Positions 8,158 to 18,058 are shown, counted from the first letter of the stretch. The stretch is DNA of 64,000 nucleotides from Candidatus Levyibacteriota bacterium (GCA_016182235.1 JACOXT010000003.1:322209-386208); one strand, 5' to 3'. Numbers and translations are program-made. The notes: generated by a model not told the origin, from the sequence alone.

Positions 8158-9657
8158 ATGCAGTTTCTAAAAAAATATTTTGGCATTTTTGTTGTTCTTT
8201 TTTTGTCTTTTTGGGCGATAAAGCCTCTTTTTATTCCTGGATTTTTTCCAATGCACGATGATACGCAGGTTGCTAGAGTTTTTGAGATGGGGAAGGCTTT
8301 GAGGGATGGCATGTTTCCGGTAAGATGGGTTCCTGATTTGGGGTATGGATATGGATATCCTATTTTTAACTTCTATGCTCCATTAGCATACTATGTTGGT
8401 GGATTATTTACAGTATTAGGATTTGACGCGCTTATTTCTACAAAAATTATGATGGCGGTGGGGGTTCTTCTTTCTGGTATTTTTATGTATTTGTTAGCTC
8501 GGGAATTTTGGGGAGAGTTGGGTGGCATTGTTTCTTCGCTTTTTTATATTTATGCCCCATATCATGCTTTGGATATTTATGTCAGAGGAGATGTTGCCGA
8601 GTTTTGGGCTTATGCTTTTGTGCCATTGATGTTTTGGGGATTCTTTAAGGTTTTTAAGGAAGCAAGGTTGAAATATATAGTCATTGGTTCTTTGGGATAT
8701 GCGGGGGTAATTCTTTCACATAACTTAACCGCGATGATGGTAACTCCATTCTTGATTATTGTTATATTGTTGCATTGTTATATTGCTTACAAAAATAAAA
8801 AGATACTTAATACTTACTACTTAATACTTACTGCTATTTTAGGTTTGATGCTTTCTTCATTTTATTGGATACCAGCGTTACTTGAGATGAAACACACGAA
8901 TGTTTTGTCGCAAATAGGTGGTGGCGCTGACTTTCGCGATCACTTTGTCTGCATTAATCAATTATGGGATAGTCCATGGAGATTTGGAGGATCTATTCCA
9001 GGATGCATAGATGGTTTATCTTTTAAAGTAGGAAAACTTCACATCATTGCTACAGCGTTAGTAATGATCTTATTTTTATTTTCACATTTTTTTAACAAGA
9101 AAGTTAAGTACTTAAATGATATATATCATTTAAGTAACGGAATCTGGGTCATTTGGTTTTCTATCGTAGGCTTACTCATTTCTATCTTTTTAATGCTTGA
9201 TGTCTCACAACCTATCTGGGAAGCAATTCCTGCAATATCTTTTTTCCAATATCCTTGGAGATTTTCGTTGCTTATTTCTTTTTTTTCATCTTTACTCTGT
9301 GGGTCCCTCATACTTCTTTTGGCTGAGTTTAAGATAAAACAATTTTTAACTGCAGTGTTGCTAGCCATATTTATTTTATATTTTAATATAAAACTTTTTA
9401 TGCCCCAAACAATATATCAAAAGACTGTCAATGACTACACAAGTGAGAAAGCACTCAAGTGGGAAGCGTCAAAGATCTCAGATGAATTTCTTCCTCCTGA
9501 CTTTAAAATACCTAAATCTGAAGCTGAGGTTGCAAAAAAGCCTATTCCTTTTAAGGAGACTTATGTGGAAAAGGTTTCTAATCTAGTCTCATTTGTTGGA
9601 GCATTAACTTTAATTATTGGTATAATTATATTTAGGGCTAAAAAGGCCAATCAATGA
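8158..9657 (+). CDS. Family B polytopic membrane protein, short form lacking the C-terminal YxPGW module
   Basis: FPMHDDTQVARVFE ... FPVRWVPDLGYGYGYPIFNFYAPLAYYVG, ALDIYVRGDVAE, SHNLTA, FYWIPALLEM, FFQYPWRF. It ends after a terminal TM without the beta-rich module seen in the other three paralogues. Confidence 0.75.
   Translation: MQFLKKYFGIFVVLFLSFWAIKPLFIPGFFPMHDDTQVARVFEMGKALRDGMFPVRWVPDLGYGYGYPIFNFYAPLAYYVGGLFTVLGFDALISTKIMMAVGVLLSGIFMYLLAREFWGELGGIVSSLFYIYAPYHALDIYVRGDVAEFWAYAFVPLMFWGFFKVFKEARLKYIVIGSLGYAGVILSHNLTAMMVTPFLIIVILLHCYIAYKNKKILNTYYLILTAILGLMLSSFYWIPALLEMKHTNVLSQIGGGADFRDHFVCINQLWDSPWRFGGSIPGCIDGLSFKVGKLHIIATALVMILFLFSHFFNKKVKYLNDIYHLSNGIWVIWFSIVGLLISIFLMLDVSQPIWEAIPAISFFQYPWRFSLLISFFSSLLCGSLILLLAEFKIKQFLTAVLLAIFILYFNIKLFMPQTIYQKTVNDYTSEKALKWEASKISDEFLPPDFKIPKSEAEVAKKPIPFKETYVEKVSNLVSFVGALTLIIGIIIFRAKKANQ
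8803..8830 (+). repeat. Heptanucleotide tandem repeat (ATACTTA)x4 (one unit CTACTTA) inside a CDS
   Basis: ATACTTA ATACTTA CTACTTA ATACTTA read directly. It encodes ILNTYYLIL. The same repeat occurs at the homologous position of the paralogue at 48502. Confidence 0.9.
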
Positions 9658-10382
9658 ATAAATCAACTGTTGAAGTAACAATCCCTGTCTATAACGAAGA
9701 AAAAGAGTTAGAGAAAAATATTACAAAACTTTATGAGTTCTGCGAAGACAACCTGTCGGATTATAATTGGCATATTACTATTGCGGATAATGCTTCGACG
9801 GATAATACTCCTGTAATCGCAGCGACTCTTAGCAAGAAATTTCCTCAGATTTTATATTTTCGACTGGAACAGAAAGGAAGAGGAAGAGCTGTCAAAAGGG
9901 TCTGGTCTCAATCAAAAAGCGATATTTGCATATATATGGATTTGGATCTTTCTACAGATCTTATCCATTTACCCAAAGTAATTAACGCATTAGAGGCCGG
10001 GTATGACATCGCAATCGGTTCAAGACTTGCTAAAGGAGCAAGGGTAGAGGGGAGAACAATGTTGCGAGAATTAACATCAAGGGCTCTAAATTTCTTTTTC
10101 ATACAATTCTTCTTTCAAACACATTTTACCGATGCTCAGTGTGGGTTTAAGGGAGTAACAAGAAGAGTGGTTGAGAACCTCATTCCTAAAGTCAAAGATA
10201 ATGAATGGTTTTTTGATGGCGAGCTTCTAATAATAGCCGAAAAGAGTGGATACAAAATTTATGAAGAACCGGTTCACTGGGTAGATAATCCTGGATCAAC
10301 AGTACGCCTTATCTCAACAATTTGGGGAGATGTCTTATCTATCCTTAGATTACTAAGGACTCGGCCATGGAGAAAAACATAG
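9654..10382 (+). CDS. GT2 glycosyltransferase, polyprenyl-phosphate sugar synthase type (DPM1/GtrB/ArnC-like)
   Basis: VTIPVYNEEKEL ... ADNASTDNT ... GRGRAV ... YMDLDLSTD ... soluble, 242 aa. ATGA overlap with the upstream family B gene. Confidence 0.85.
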   Translation: MNKSTVEVTIPVYNEEKELEKNITKLYEFCEDNLSDYNWHITIADNASTDNTPVIAATLSKKFPQILYFRLEQKGRGRAVKRVWSQSKSDICIYMDLDLSTDLIHLPKVINALEAGYDIAIGSRLAKGARVEGRTMLRELTSRALNFFFIQFFFQTHFTDAQCGFKGVTRRVVENLIPKVKDNEWFFDGELLIIAEKSGYKIYEEPVHWVDNPGSTVRLISTIWGDVLSILRLLRTRPWRKT

Positions 10383-10392
10383 AGGATTAACT

Positions 10393-11841
10393 ATGGACAA
10401 GCGCAATTTTGATTTAATTGTAAAAAGATCTATTCGTGGTGTTTTGGCATTGGCATCTAAAACATTTTTTTTAAACCTTGTATCATTTGCCGCTTTTTTA
10501 GTCGTAACTAGTAATTTGCCTAAAACAGAATTTGGTGTTTATATTGTTGTAATTGCCATACAAAGAGTTATATCTTTTCTTACCGATTTTGGTTTGGGAG
10601 CAGCTCTCATACAGAAAAAGGAAGATTTACAACAGAGAGACATTTCTACTTTCTTTACAGTTCAAGCGGGGATTACATTTATAATTTTTCTTCTTGTAAC
10701 GATATTTATTGGCATAATTGCCGATTTTTTTAAATTAAGCGAGCAAGGAAAATGGCTTTTACTTGTATTAGTTTTTACAATATTTCTTTCATCATTTAAA
10801 ACAATCCCATCAATTCTTCTTGAGAGGACTATAAGTTTTGGTAAGTTAGTATTTCCTCAAATAGTAGAAGCACTTGTTTTTAATCTTATCCTTGTCGCGC
10901 TCGTCCTTGGCGGATACGGCATTAGTTCTTTTAGCTTCGCATTTTTAATCTCAAGTCTTATCGGGATTCCAGTTTATTATCTTATCGCTCCTTGGAGAAT
11001 AAGAATTGGTATAGATAAACAATCTCTTTACAATCTTAAATATGGGATACGGTATCAGGCAAAGAATATATTGGCAACGATAAAAGATGATCTTTTGACT
11101 GTAATCCTAACTCGTTTTCTGACATTTACAGAAATCGCGTATATAGGATTTGCCCAGAGATTAGCGTTTTTTATGTATCGTTATCTTGTCGACAGCGTCA
11201 CAAAGGTAACTTTCTCTGCATATTCAAGAGCTCAGAATGATTTAAATTTTCTTAAGAAAGCTGTTGAAAAATCTTTATTTTTTGTTAGCGCGAGCATGTT
11301 TCCTCCTCTTTTTGGTTTAATGATTGTTTCTCCGTACTTAATAAATTTCTTTCCTAATTGGAATAATAAATGGGAACCTGCAATCTTTAGTGTTGTATTT
11401 TTTTGCCTAAACGCTGCCGTTTCGGCCTTATCAGGAATTTTGGTGAATGTTCTGGATTCAACAGGAAGAGTTAAGACTACTTTGAGACTTATGGTGATAT
11501 GGACAATTTTAATCTGGACATTAACTCCTATTTTCATATATTTTTATGGATACAATGGCGTTTCTGTAGCGTCGTTCTTGGTTACTACGACAATTGTATA
11601 TACGATATATTTGGTAAAAAAAGTTGTAGACTTTAGTTTTCTCCGAAGTATTTATAAACCGGCAGCTGCGACTCTTTTGATGGTTTTCGTAGTAATTCTA
11701 GGTTCCCAAATCTTCATTAAAGATGTCCTTTCACTTATATTTGTTATACTTACTGGTGCGGTAGTTTATACTGTAAGCTTAATTCTTTTTGCTCGAAAAG
11801 AACTGAGTCGTGATTTAGCACGTTTTGGGATAAAAATATGA
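10393..11841 (+). CDS. Wzx/MOP-superfamily polysaccharide (oligosaccharide-lipid) flippase
   Basis: 482 aa with about 12 or more hydrophobic segments. GLGAALIQKKEDL-type loop typical of Polysacc_synt family proteins. SD AGAGGA lies 6 nt upstream. Confidence 0.8.
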   Translation: MDKRNFDLIVKRSIRGVLALASKTFFLNLVSFAAFLVVTSNLPKTEFGVYIVVIAIQRVISFLTDFGLGAALIQKKEDLQQRDISTFFTVQAGITFIIFLLVTIFIGIIADFFKLSEQGKWLLLVLVFTIFLSSFKTIPSILLERTISFGKLVFPQIVEALVFNLILVALVLGGYGISSFSFAFLISSLIGIPVYYLIAPWRIRIGIDKQSLYNLKYGIRYQAKNILATIKDDLLTVILTRFLTFTEIAYIGFAQRLAFFMYRYLVDSVTKVTFSAYSRAQNDLNFLKKAVEKSLFFVSASMFPPLFGLMIVSPYLINFFPNWNNKWEPAIFSVVFFCLNAAVSALSGILVNVLDSTGRVKTTLRLMVIWTILIWTLTPIFIYFYGYNGVSVASFLVTTTIVYTIYLVKKVVDFSFLRSIYKPAAATLLMVFVVILGSQIFIKDVLSLIFVILTGAVVYTVSLILFARKELSRDLARFGIKI

Positions 11842-12749
11842 ACAAAAAAAATTCTCTATCTGCTGTTATTTCCGTATTTAATGGGGAAAAAGAACTCAAT
11901 GATTGCCTTAAGTCTATCTCATTTGCGGACGAAATAATAGTTGTTAACAACTCATCGACAGACAGAACTTTAGACATTGCAAAACAATATACAAATAAAA
12001 TTTTTACAAAACCCAATAATCCTATGCTAAACATCAATAAAAACTTTGGTTTCTCAAAGACTAAAGGAAAATGGATCTTATATCTTGATGTTGACGAACG
12101 CGTTTCAGAAGAGCTAAGAGAGGAAATTATCCATACTATTAGGAATGATTCGGTTATGGGGTATTTTCTTCCGAGGAAAAACATAATTTTTGGCAAGTGG
12201 ATGGAACATACAGGCTGGTATCCTGATTATCAACTGCGACTTTTTCAAAAAGGTTTTGGTAAATTTGAAGAGAAACATGTTCATGAAATGGTTAGTGTTA
12301 CGGGAAAAGTAGGTTACCTTAAAGGTAATCTGATTCACTACAATTACTCTACAATTTCTCAATTTTTACAAAAACTTCAACTTTATGCCTCAAATGAGGC
12401 AGAGAATTTGATTGAGGAAGGCTATAAATTTACTTGGCATGATGCGATAAGTTTCCCCGTAAAGGAATTTCTAAGTCGTTTTTTCGCAAGGGGTGGGTAC
12501 AAAGACGGATTCCATGGTCTCATGCTTTCTATCTTTATGGCTTTTTATCATTTTGTTGTTTTTGCATGTCTTTGGGAGAAGATGGGATTTGAGAGGATTG
12601 ATAAAAATCTTATCGTAGGAACAGCGATTGAGTTTAAGAAATCGTATAAAGAATTTAGTTTTTGGATAAATAACGAGAAGTTAAAGACGATAGAAAATCC
12701 GTTTAAAAAAGTAGCTTATAAAATATTAAGGAAAATCCGTGGGGCATAA
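11838..12749 (+). CDS. GT2 glycosyltransferase (WaaE/KdtX-like subgroup with C-terminal hydrophobic tail)
   Basis: SAVISVFNGEKELNDCLKSISFADEIIVVNNSSTDRTLDIAKQY ... YLDVDERV. Paralogous to 13810 and 42966. Confidence 0.85.
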   Translation: MNKKNSLSAVISVFNGEKELNDCLKSISFADEIIVVNNSSTDRTLDIAKQYTNKIFTKPNNPMLNINKNFGFSKTKGKWILYLDVDERVSEELREEIIHTIRNDSVMGYFLPRKNIIFGKWMEHTGWYPDYQLRLFQKGFGKFEEKHVHEMVSVTGKVGYLKGNLIHYNYSTISQFLQKLQLYASNEAENLIEEGYKFTWHDAISFPVKEFLSRFFARGGYKDGFHGLMLSIFMAFYHFVVFACLWEKMGFERIDKNLIVGTAIEFKKSYKEFSFWINNEKLKTIENPFKKVAYKILRKIRGA

Positions 12750-12763
12750 TTTTTCTCAACGCA

Positions 12764-13681
12764 ATGAAGAGTGTTTTTGTTTCAATACTGAATTTTAATG
12801 GGAAAAAAAATACATTGGAGTGTTTGGCATCTTTTAAAGATCTAAAAAATAGAAATTTTAATCTCACACTTATTGTGGTAGATAACGGTTCTAAAGAGAC
12901 CTGCGACATAAAGAGCGGATTTGTGGCGAATATCCCAATTGTTGTTATAAAAAACGAGAAAAACCTGGGCTTTTCTGGAGGACATAATGTAGGGATAAGA
13001 TATGCGCTTGATAACGGAGCCGACTATATTTTAACTTTGAATAATGACACTTATGTTGACAGGAATTTTTTAGATGAGTTATTGAGGGTTATAGAAAAAG
13101 ATGAAAATATCGGAATAGTGGTTCCTAAAATTTATTTTGCTTCTGGATTTGAGTTCCACAAGGAAAGATATGAAAAAAATGAATTGGGGAAAGTATTTTG
13201 GTATGCTGGCGGAGAAATGGATTGGAGTAATATTATTGGACACCATAAGGGAGTAGATGAAGTGGATCATGGTCAATACAATAAAGCGGAAGAAACTGAA
13301 TTGGCGACGGGATGTTGCATGATGGTTAAGAAAGAGGTATTTGAAAAAGTAGGTAAATTTGATGAAAAATATTTCTTGTACTACGAGGATAGCGATTTAA
13401 GTATTCGATGTAGAAGGAAAGGATTTAGAATTTTTTATGTGCCAAAGTCTGTAATTTTTCATAAAAATGCTGGATCCGCTGGAGGGTCCGGATCGAAACT
13501 TCAGGACTATTATATTACGAGAAATAGGTTGGTTTTTGGGCGAAAGTATGCTCCAATGAGAGCTAAGATAGCGCTTTTCAAGGAGTCATTGAATTTTTTA
13601 ATTAACGGCAGATATTGGCAAAAGCGAGGTGTTTTGGACTTTTGTTTAGGAAGATTAGGTAAAGGAAGTTTTGAAATATGA
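12764..13681 (+). CDS. GT2 glycosyltransferase (WbbL/rhamnosyltransferase-like subgroup)
   Basis: VVDNGSKE ... NLGFSGGHN ... LNNDT ... GCCMMVKKEVFEKVGKFDEKYFLYYEDSDLSIRCRRKG. Confidence 0.85.
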   Translation: MKSVFVSILNFNGKKNTLECLASFKDLKNRNFNLTLIVVDNGSKETCDIKSGFVANIPIVVIKNEKNLGFSGGHNVGIRYALDNGADYILTLNNDTYVDRNFLDELLRVIEKDENIGIVVPKIYFASGFEFHKERYEKNELGKVFWYAGGEMDWSNIIGHHKGVDEVDHGQYNKAEETELATGCCMMVKKEVFEKVGKFDEKYFLYYEDSDLSIRCRRKGFRIFYVPKSVIFHKNAGSAGGSGSKLQDYYITRNRLVFGRKYAPMRAKIALFKESLNFLINGRYWQKRGVLDFCLGRLGKGSFEI

Positions 13682-13761
13682 CCCCACTTCGTTCTGCAGT
13701 GCAGAACTTCGGAGGGGTCATGCTCCCGAAGCTATCCGTTGAAAAGTAGCTATCAAGGGAG
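13682..13761 (+). promoter_or_regulatory. GC-rich structured intergenic element with two mutually exclusive hairpins
   Basis: Hairpin 1 pairs 13682-13698 with 13700-13717 (CCCC..GTTCTG / CAGAAC..GGGG). Hairpin 2 pairs CTTCGG(A)GGG at 13707-13716 with CTCCCGAAG at 13723-13731. Both use 13707-13716. No U-tract follows. The direct repeat AGCTATC occurs at 13730 and 13748. Confidence 0.45.
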
Positions 13762-13809
13762 AAGATATTCAATAAATAATATGTGTAATTTTAAAAGGAG
13801 CGAAGGGGC

Positions 13810-14568
13810 ATGACTAAGATTTCGGGAATTGTGGTCGTAAAAAACGAAGAAGACATGATTGCTGACTGCTTAGATTCTATTTCATTTTGCGATGAGATGA
13901 TAGTTATTGATGGGGGGTCAGAAGACAGAACAGTAGAAATTGCCAAAAAGATGAACGCGAAAGTATTTAAGTATATCTCATCTGATTTTTCCAAAATCAG
14001 AAATTTTGGCTTAAAAAAATCAACAGGAGAATGGGTATTATATGTGGACGCAGATGAACGTGTTAGCCCCTTACTAAATGAAGAGGTGGTTAAGTCAATA
14101 GGCAATCTGGAAAACAAATATGATGGATATTTCATAAAGAGAAAAAATTTTTACCTTGGAACTTCTGATAAAAATGAATGGCCGTATATAGAGTCTCTGG
14201 AGAGACTATTCAGAAAGGATAAATTGGAAGGCTGGTACGGCAGGCTTCATGAAAGCCCTAAAATTAATGGAGAACTTGGTCATTTAGACGGATATCTTCT
14301 CCATTATACACATAGAGATCTTTCTTCCATGATTGAAAAAACTATTGAGTGGTCACAGATTGAAGCGGAACTGCGCCTCAACTCAGGTCATCCCAAGATG
14401 ACATGGTGGAGATTTCCTCGAGTAATGCTAATCACCTTTTTAGATTCTTATATTAGACAGAAGGGTTGGAGAATTGGGACAATTGGATTAATAGAGAGTT
14501 TGTATCAGTCATTTAGTATCTTTATAACCTATGCGAGATTATGGGAAATGCAGCAGGGAAAGAAATAA
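13810..14568 (+). CDS. GT2 glycosyltransferase (WaaE/KdtX-like subgroup)
   Basis: GIVVVKNEEDMIADCLDSISFCDEMIVIDGGSEDRTVEIAKKMNAKV ... YVDADERV. SD AAGGAG lies upstream. Confidence 0.85.
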   Translation: MTKISGIVVVKNEEDMIADCLDSISFCDEMIVIDGGSEDRTVEIAKKMNAKVFKYISSDFSKIRNFGLKKSTGEWVLYVDADERVSPLLNEEVVKSIGNLENKYDGYFIKRKNFYLGTSDKNEWPYIESLERLFRKDKLEGWYGRLHESPKINGELGHLDGYLLHYTHRDLSSMIEKTIEWSQIEAELRLNSGHPKMTWWRFPRVMLITFLDSYIRQKGWRIGTIGLIESLYQSFSIFITYARLWEMQQGKK

Positions 14569-15722
14569 GCAAATTTCCTTTTTATAATCTTCTATGTGTT
14601 GTGTTGTTTTTAGTAACAATTAGTCAGCCTTTATACATTTTATTCCAAAATAAAGAAGCATTTTTTGCAAAAGGATATATGGATCTATATGAGCAATACC
14701 ATAATTTATATAACTCCTCGCAGTATGTTCAGAAGGAAAATCCAGGAATTATACCTGATGAGGCTCTTGAAGCCTTTGCTGCCGGCACATTCTTAAAGGG
14801 ACTAAATCCAATTCTTATTGTTCATGATCAGCCTCCATTAGGAAGATATATATTGTCTTTGTCCATTTTACTATTTGATAATGTAAATACTATTATAGTT
14901 CTATTATTTTTCCTTTCAGGAATGGGTGTATTTCTTATTGCGAGGTTGATTTTACATAATACCTTACTTTCATTTGTGCCCCTTGCGATTTTCATAAACG
15001 AGCCATTGTTTGTAAATAAATTTTACTATTCTCCACTTCTTGAGCCAATTCAATTACCTTTTATAATTTTTGCCATATATTTTTTTATGCAAGGAATAAT
15101 TAAGAAAAACTATTTTAAATGGTTTATCTACACTTCAGTCATGTTGGGGTTTGTTATAAGTATTCGTTTTTTCATTCTTGGAGTTTTGTTAGTTTTTACG
15201 ATGGTTTTGTATTTTTTAATTAAAAAGAAATTTGATAAGAAATTTGCTTTATTTATACTTTCATTACCTATTGCCGCTATTATACTTTTAGTTTCATATA
15301 CAAGAACTATCCAGCTGGGAAGTTCGATTTTGCAAATTTTTGGTATACAGAAATACATATTCTATTATCACAGGGCACAACTTTCTTTACCTTTTTCTTT
15401 TTGGGATTTACTATTTTTTAATAGATGGCATACTTGGTGGGGGGAAAGAACTATAATTTCGGATCCCCAATGGATATTTATTTGGCCATTTTCAGCGTTT
15501 CTAGCCTTGTTTTTTTCTTTACTTGGTTTTTTTAGAAAAATATCAGTTTCCGAACCAGAGAAAGTAATTGTTATATGGATTATTGTATATAGTTTATTTC
15601 TCTCTTTAGGCGAAACCTCTACGCGTTATTTTCCCCCGCTATTGCCATTTGTCTATATTATAGCCACATCTTTTTTAGTAAAGATAATTCTACTTCTTAA
15701 ATCTAAATTCAAGTCTAAATGA
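14541..15722 (+). CDS. Short divergent GT-C-like membrane protein (PMT_2-like, no C-terminal domain)
   Basis: GIIPDEALEAF ... HDQPPLGRYILSLSILLF (acidic loop followed by the PPLG-type helix start seen in ArnT/PMT_2 proteins). About 9 or more further hydrophobic segments. 393 aa. Confidence 0.6.
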   Translation: MGNAAGKEISKFPFYNLLCVVLFLVTISQPLYILFQNKEAFFAKGYMDLYEQYHNLYNSSQYVQKENPGIIPDEALEAFAAGTFLKGLNPILIVHDQPPLGRYILSLSILLFDNVNTIIVLLFFLSGMGVFLIARLILHNTLLSFVPLAIFINEPLFVNKFYYSPLLEPIQLPFIIFAIYFFMQGIIKKNYFKWFIYTSVMLGFVISIRFFILGVLLVFTMVLYFLIKKKFDKKFALFILSLPIAAIILLVSYTRTIQLGSSILQIFGIQKYIFYYHRAQLSLPFSFWDLLFFNRWHTWWGERTIISDPQWIFIWPFSAFLALFFSLLGFFRKISVSEPEKVIVIWIIVYSLFLSLGETSTRYFPPLLPFVYIIATSFLVKIILLLKSKFKSK

Positions 15723-18058
15723 AAAAACATATTTTAAGATTTTGGCCTATAATTTTTATTTTTTCAATTTGGTTTATTTTTGCCAGTCCGTTTTTTTTGA
15801 AAAATAAAGTTCCGTTCCCCTCAACTTATCAGGTAAATAATTTTGCTCCATGGAGCACAAATAGCCAATTTTGGGGACCAGTCAAAAACGGCGCAATGCC
15901 GGATATTATTACTCAAATTTATCCCTGGAGGCATCTTGCGATAGAAATATGGAAGAGTGGAGGGATTCCGCTTTGGAATCCATACAGCTTCTCTGGGACG
16001 CCTCTTCTTGCTAATTATCAGTCTGCAGTTCTTTCTCCGTTTAATATTCTTTTTTTTATTTTCCCATTCGTGGATGCTTGGAGCATTCTTGTTTTGATCC
16101 AACCTCTTTTGGCAGCTTTTTTTATGTACTTTTTCGTGAGGAGTCTTAACAGAAGTAAGATTGGTAGCCTTATCTCATCCATCTCTTTTATGTTCTGTGG
16201 ATTTATCACTGTTTGGATGGGGTACGCGACCTTACCATTTGCGATTTTGTTTCTGCCTCTTTCGCTTTTTTGCATAGAAAAGTACTATATAACTCGAACA
16301 TTTAAATTTTTATTATTATTGACTATATCGATACCTCTTTCTTTTTTCAGCGGTCATTTTCAAATAAGTTTATATTTTTTATCGTTTATTGGAGTGTATG
16401 TTTTGTATAAATTTATTTATACTAGGAGAGTATCTTCTACCTTCTGCATTATACTTTCGGTTTTTTTTGGCTTTCTTATGTCCATGCCACAAATTCTCCC
16501 ATCGGCCGAATTCTATATGCAATCTTTTAGGAGTACTGTCTTTGAAAAAGGCGAAATAATTCCATGGGGATATTTCCCAACATTTTTGGCGCCTGATTTT
16601 TTTGGTAATCCAGTTACAAGAAATGATTGGTTTGGGCACTATGCCGAGTGGAATAGTTATATAGGAGTTTTGCCACTAATGCTTGCTATATACGCAATAA
16701 TAGATAAAAAAAAATCTCAAACATTTCTTTTATTCGGATTTGCCATATTAGTCCTTCTTTTGGCGTTTCCTACCCCTTTACAGAGTCTTCTTATTAGCAT
16801 TCACTTTCCTGTATTATCTACCAGTGCTGCGGGTAGAATTGTTGTTTTATATAGTTTTTTATTTGCTGCACTTTCAGCTTTTGGATTTGATAGATTGTTA
16901 AGCGATATTAACGACCGGAAAATTAAAAAAATCATTGTGTGGCTAATCTGTTTTTCTTTTTTATTTTTGATTCTATGGTGCATAGCGCTATTAAGAATTT
17001 TTATCCCTATGGATAAAGCACAAATTGCTAGAAGTAATTTAGTTTTACCTACTTTAATTTTTGGAGCAGTTATTGTTGCAATTTTCGTTCGATATGTTAA
17101 CTCTAAAGTTGTGTTTATTTTTTCATGTTTTTTGCTTGCAGTTGTTTCTTTTGATATGTTGAGATTTGCAATAAAATGGATGCCTTTTGATCCAAGACAT
17201 CTTGTATTTCCAGAGACATCAACAACCAAGGCTTTTCCTAAAATTTCAAACATGAGTCGTGTGCTGGGAAACTTAGGAGGAGAAGCTGCAATATATTATA
17301 ATTTGCCTTCAGTTGAGGGTTATGATGCACTTTACATAAAAAATTACGCAGAATTTATTGGCTTTGTTGAAAACGGAAAGTCTCGCGATTTAAGCCGCTC
17401 TGTTGTTATATTTCCCAAAGACGGTATATACACTCCTGAGGCAGTTAATCTGTTGGATATAAGATATATAGTTCATAAACTTGCCGATGATCGGGCAAGC
17501 TGGACATTTCCATACTGGACATATCCAGATGAGCAGTTCAAGCTCATTTATAGAGACGATAAATACGAATTTTATGAAAACATGAAAGCTTTTCCCCATG
17601 CCTTTCTGGTCGGAAAATATAGAGTAGTTAAGGGTACGCAAAAAGCTATAGATACGATGTTTAACGATAAATTTGATTTAAGTAAGGAAATTATTCTTGA
17701 GGAAGACCCCAACCTTATTCAGACAATTGGTTCTGCCGGAGTTGCAAAAATTACAAGATATGAACCAAATAATATCGATATTGAGGTTACAGCCAATAAT
17801 GCGTCTTTGCTCTATTTAGCAGATAACTTCTATAACGGATGGAAGGCTGAGATTGACGGAAAGGAAGTCTCTGTTCTTAAGGCAAACTACACTTTTAGGG
17901 CGATTCCGATAAAAACTGGCAAGCATTTCGTAAGATTTTTTTATGACCCAGCAAGTTTTAGACTGGGATTGTATATGGCATTAGGAGGTTTAATTGGAGT
18001 TGCAATTATTTTTGTTTTTTCCAGAACGCGAGCTCGGAAAACTCCAGTCTCTTCTTAG
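15719..18058 (+). CDS. YfhO-family membrane glycosyltransferase (family C)
   Basis: IYPWRHLAIEIWKSGGIPLWNPYSFSGTPLLANYQSAVLSPFN, PDFFGNP. C-terminal FYNGWKAEIDGKEVSVLKANYTFRAIPI ... plus terminal TM. ATGA overlap with the upstream gene. Confidence 0.85.
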   Translation: MKKHILRFWPIIFIFSIWFIFASPFFLKNKVPFPSTYQVNNFAPWSTNSQFWGPVKNGAMPDIITQIYPWRHLAIEIWKSGGIPLWNPYSFSGTPLLANYQSAVLSPFNILFFIFPFVDAWSILVLIQPLLAAFFMYFFVRSLNRSKIGSLISSISFMFCGFITVWMGYATLPFAILFLPLSLFCIEKYYITRTFKFLLLLTISIPLSFFSGHFQISLYFLSFIGVYVLYKFIYTRRVSSTFCIILSVFFGFLMSMPQILPSAEFYMQSFRSTVFEKGEIIPWGYFPTFLAPDFFGNPVTRNDWFGHYAEWNSYIGVLPLMLAIYAIIDKKKSQTFLLFGFAILVLLLAFPTPLQSLLISIHFPVLSTSAAGRIVVLYSFLFAALSAFGFDRLLSDINDRKIKKIIVWLICFSFLFLILWCIALLRIFIPMDKAQIARSNLVLPTLIFGAVIVAIFVRYVNSKVVFIFSCFLLAVVSFDMLRFAIKWMPFDPRHLVFPETSTTKAFPKISNMSRVLGNLGGEAAIYYNLPSVEGYDALYIKNYAEFIGFVENGKSRDLSRSVVIFPKDGIYTPEAVNLLDIRYIVHKLADDRASWTFPYWTYPDEQFKLIYRDDKYEFYENMKAFPHAFLVGKYRVVKGTQKAIDTMFNDKFDLSKEIILEEDPNLIQTIGSAGVAKITRYEPNNIDIEVTANNASLLYLADNFYNGWKAEIDGKEVSVLKANYTFRAIPIKTGKHFVRFFYDPASFRLGLYMALGGLIGVAIIFVFSRTRARKTPVSS

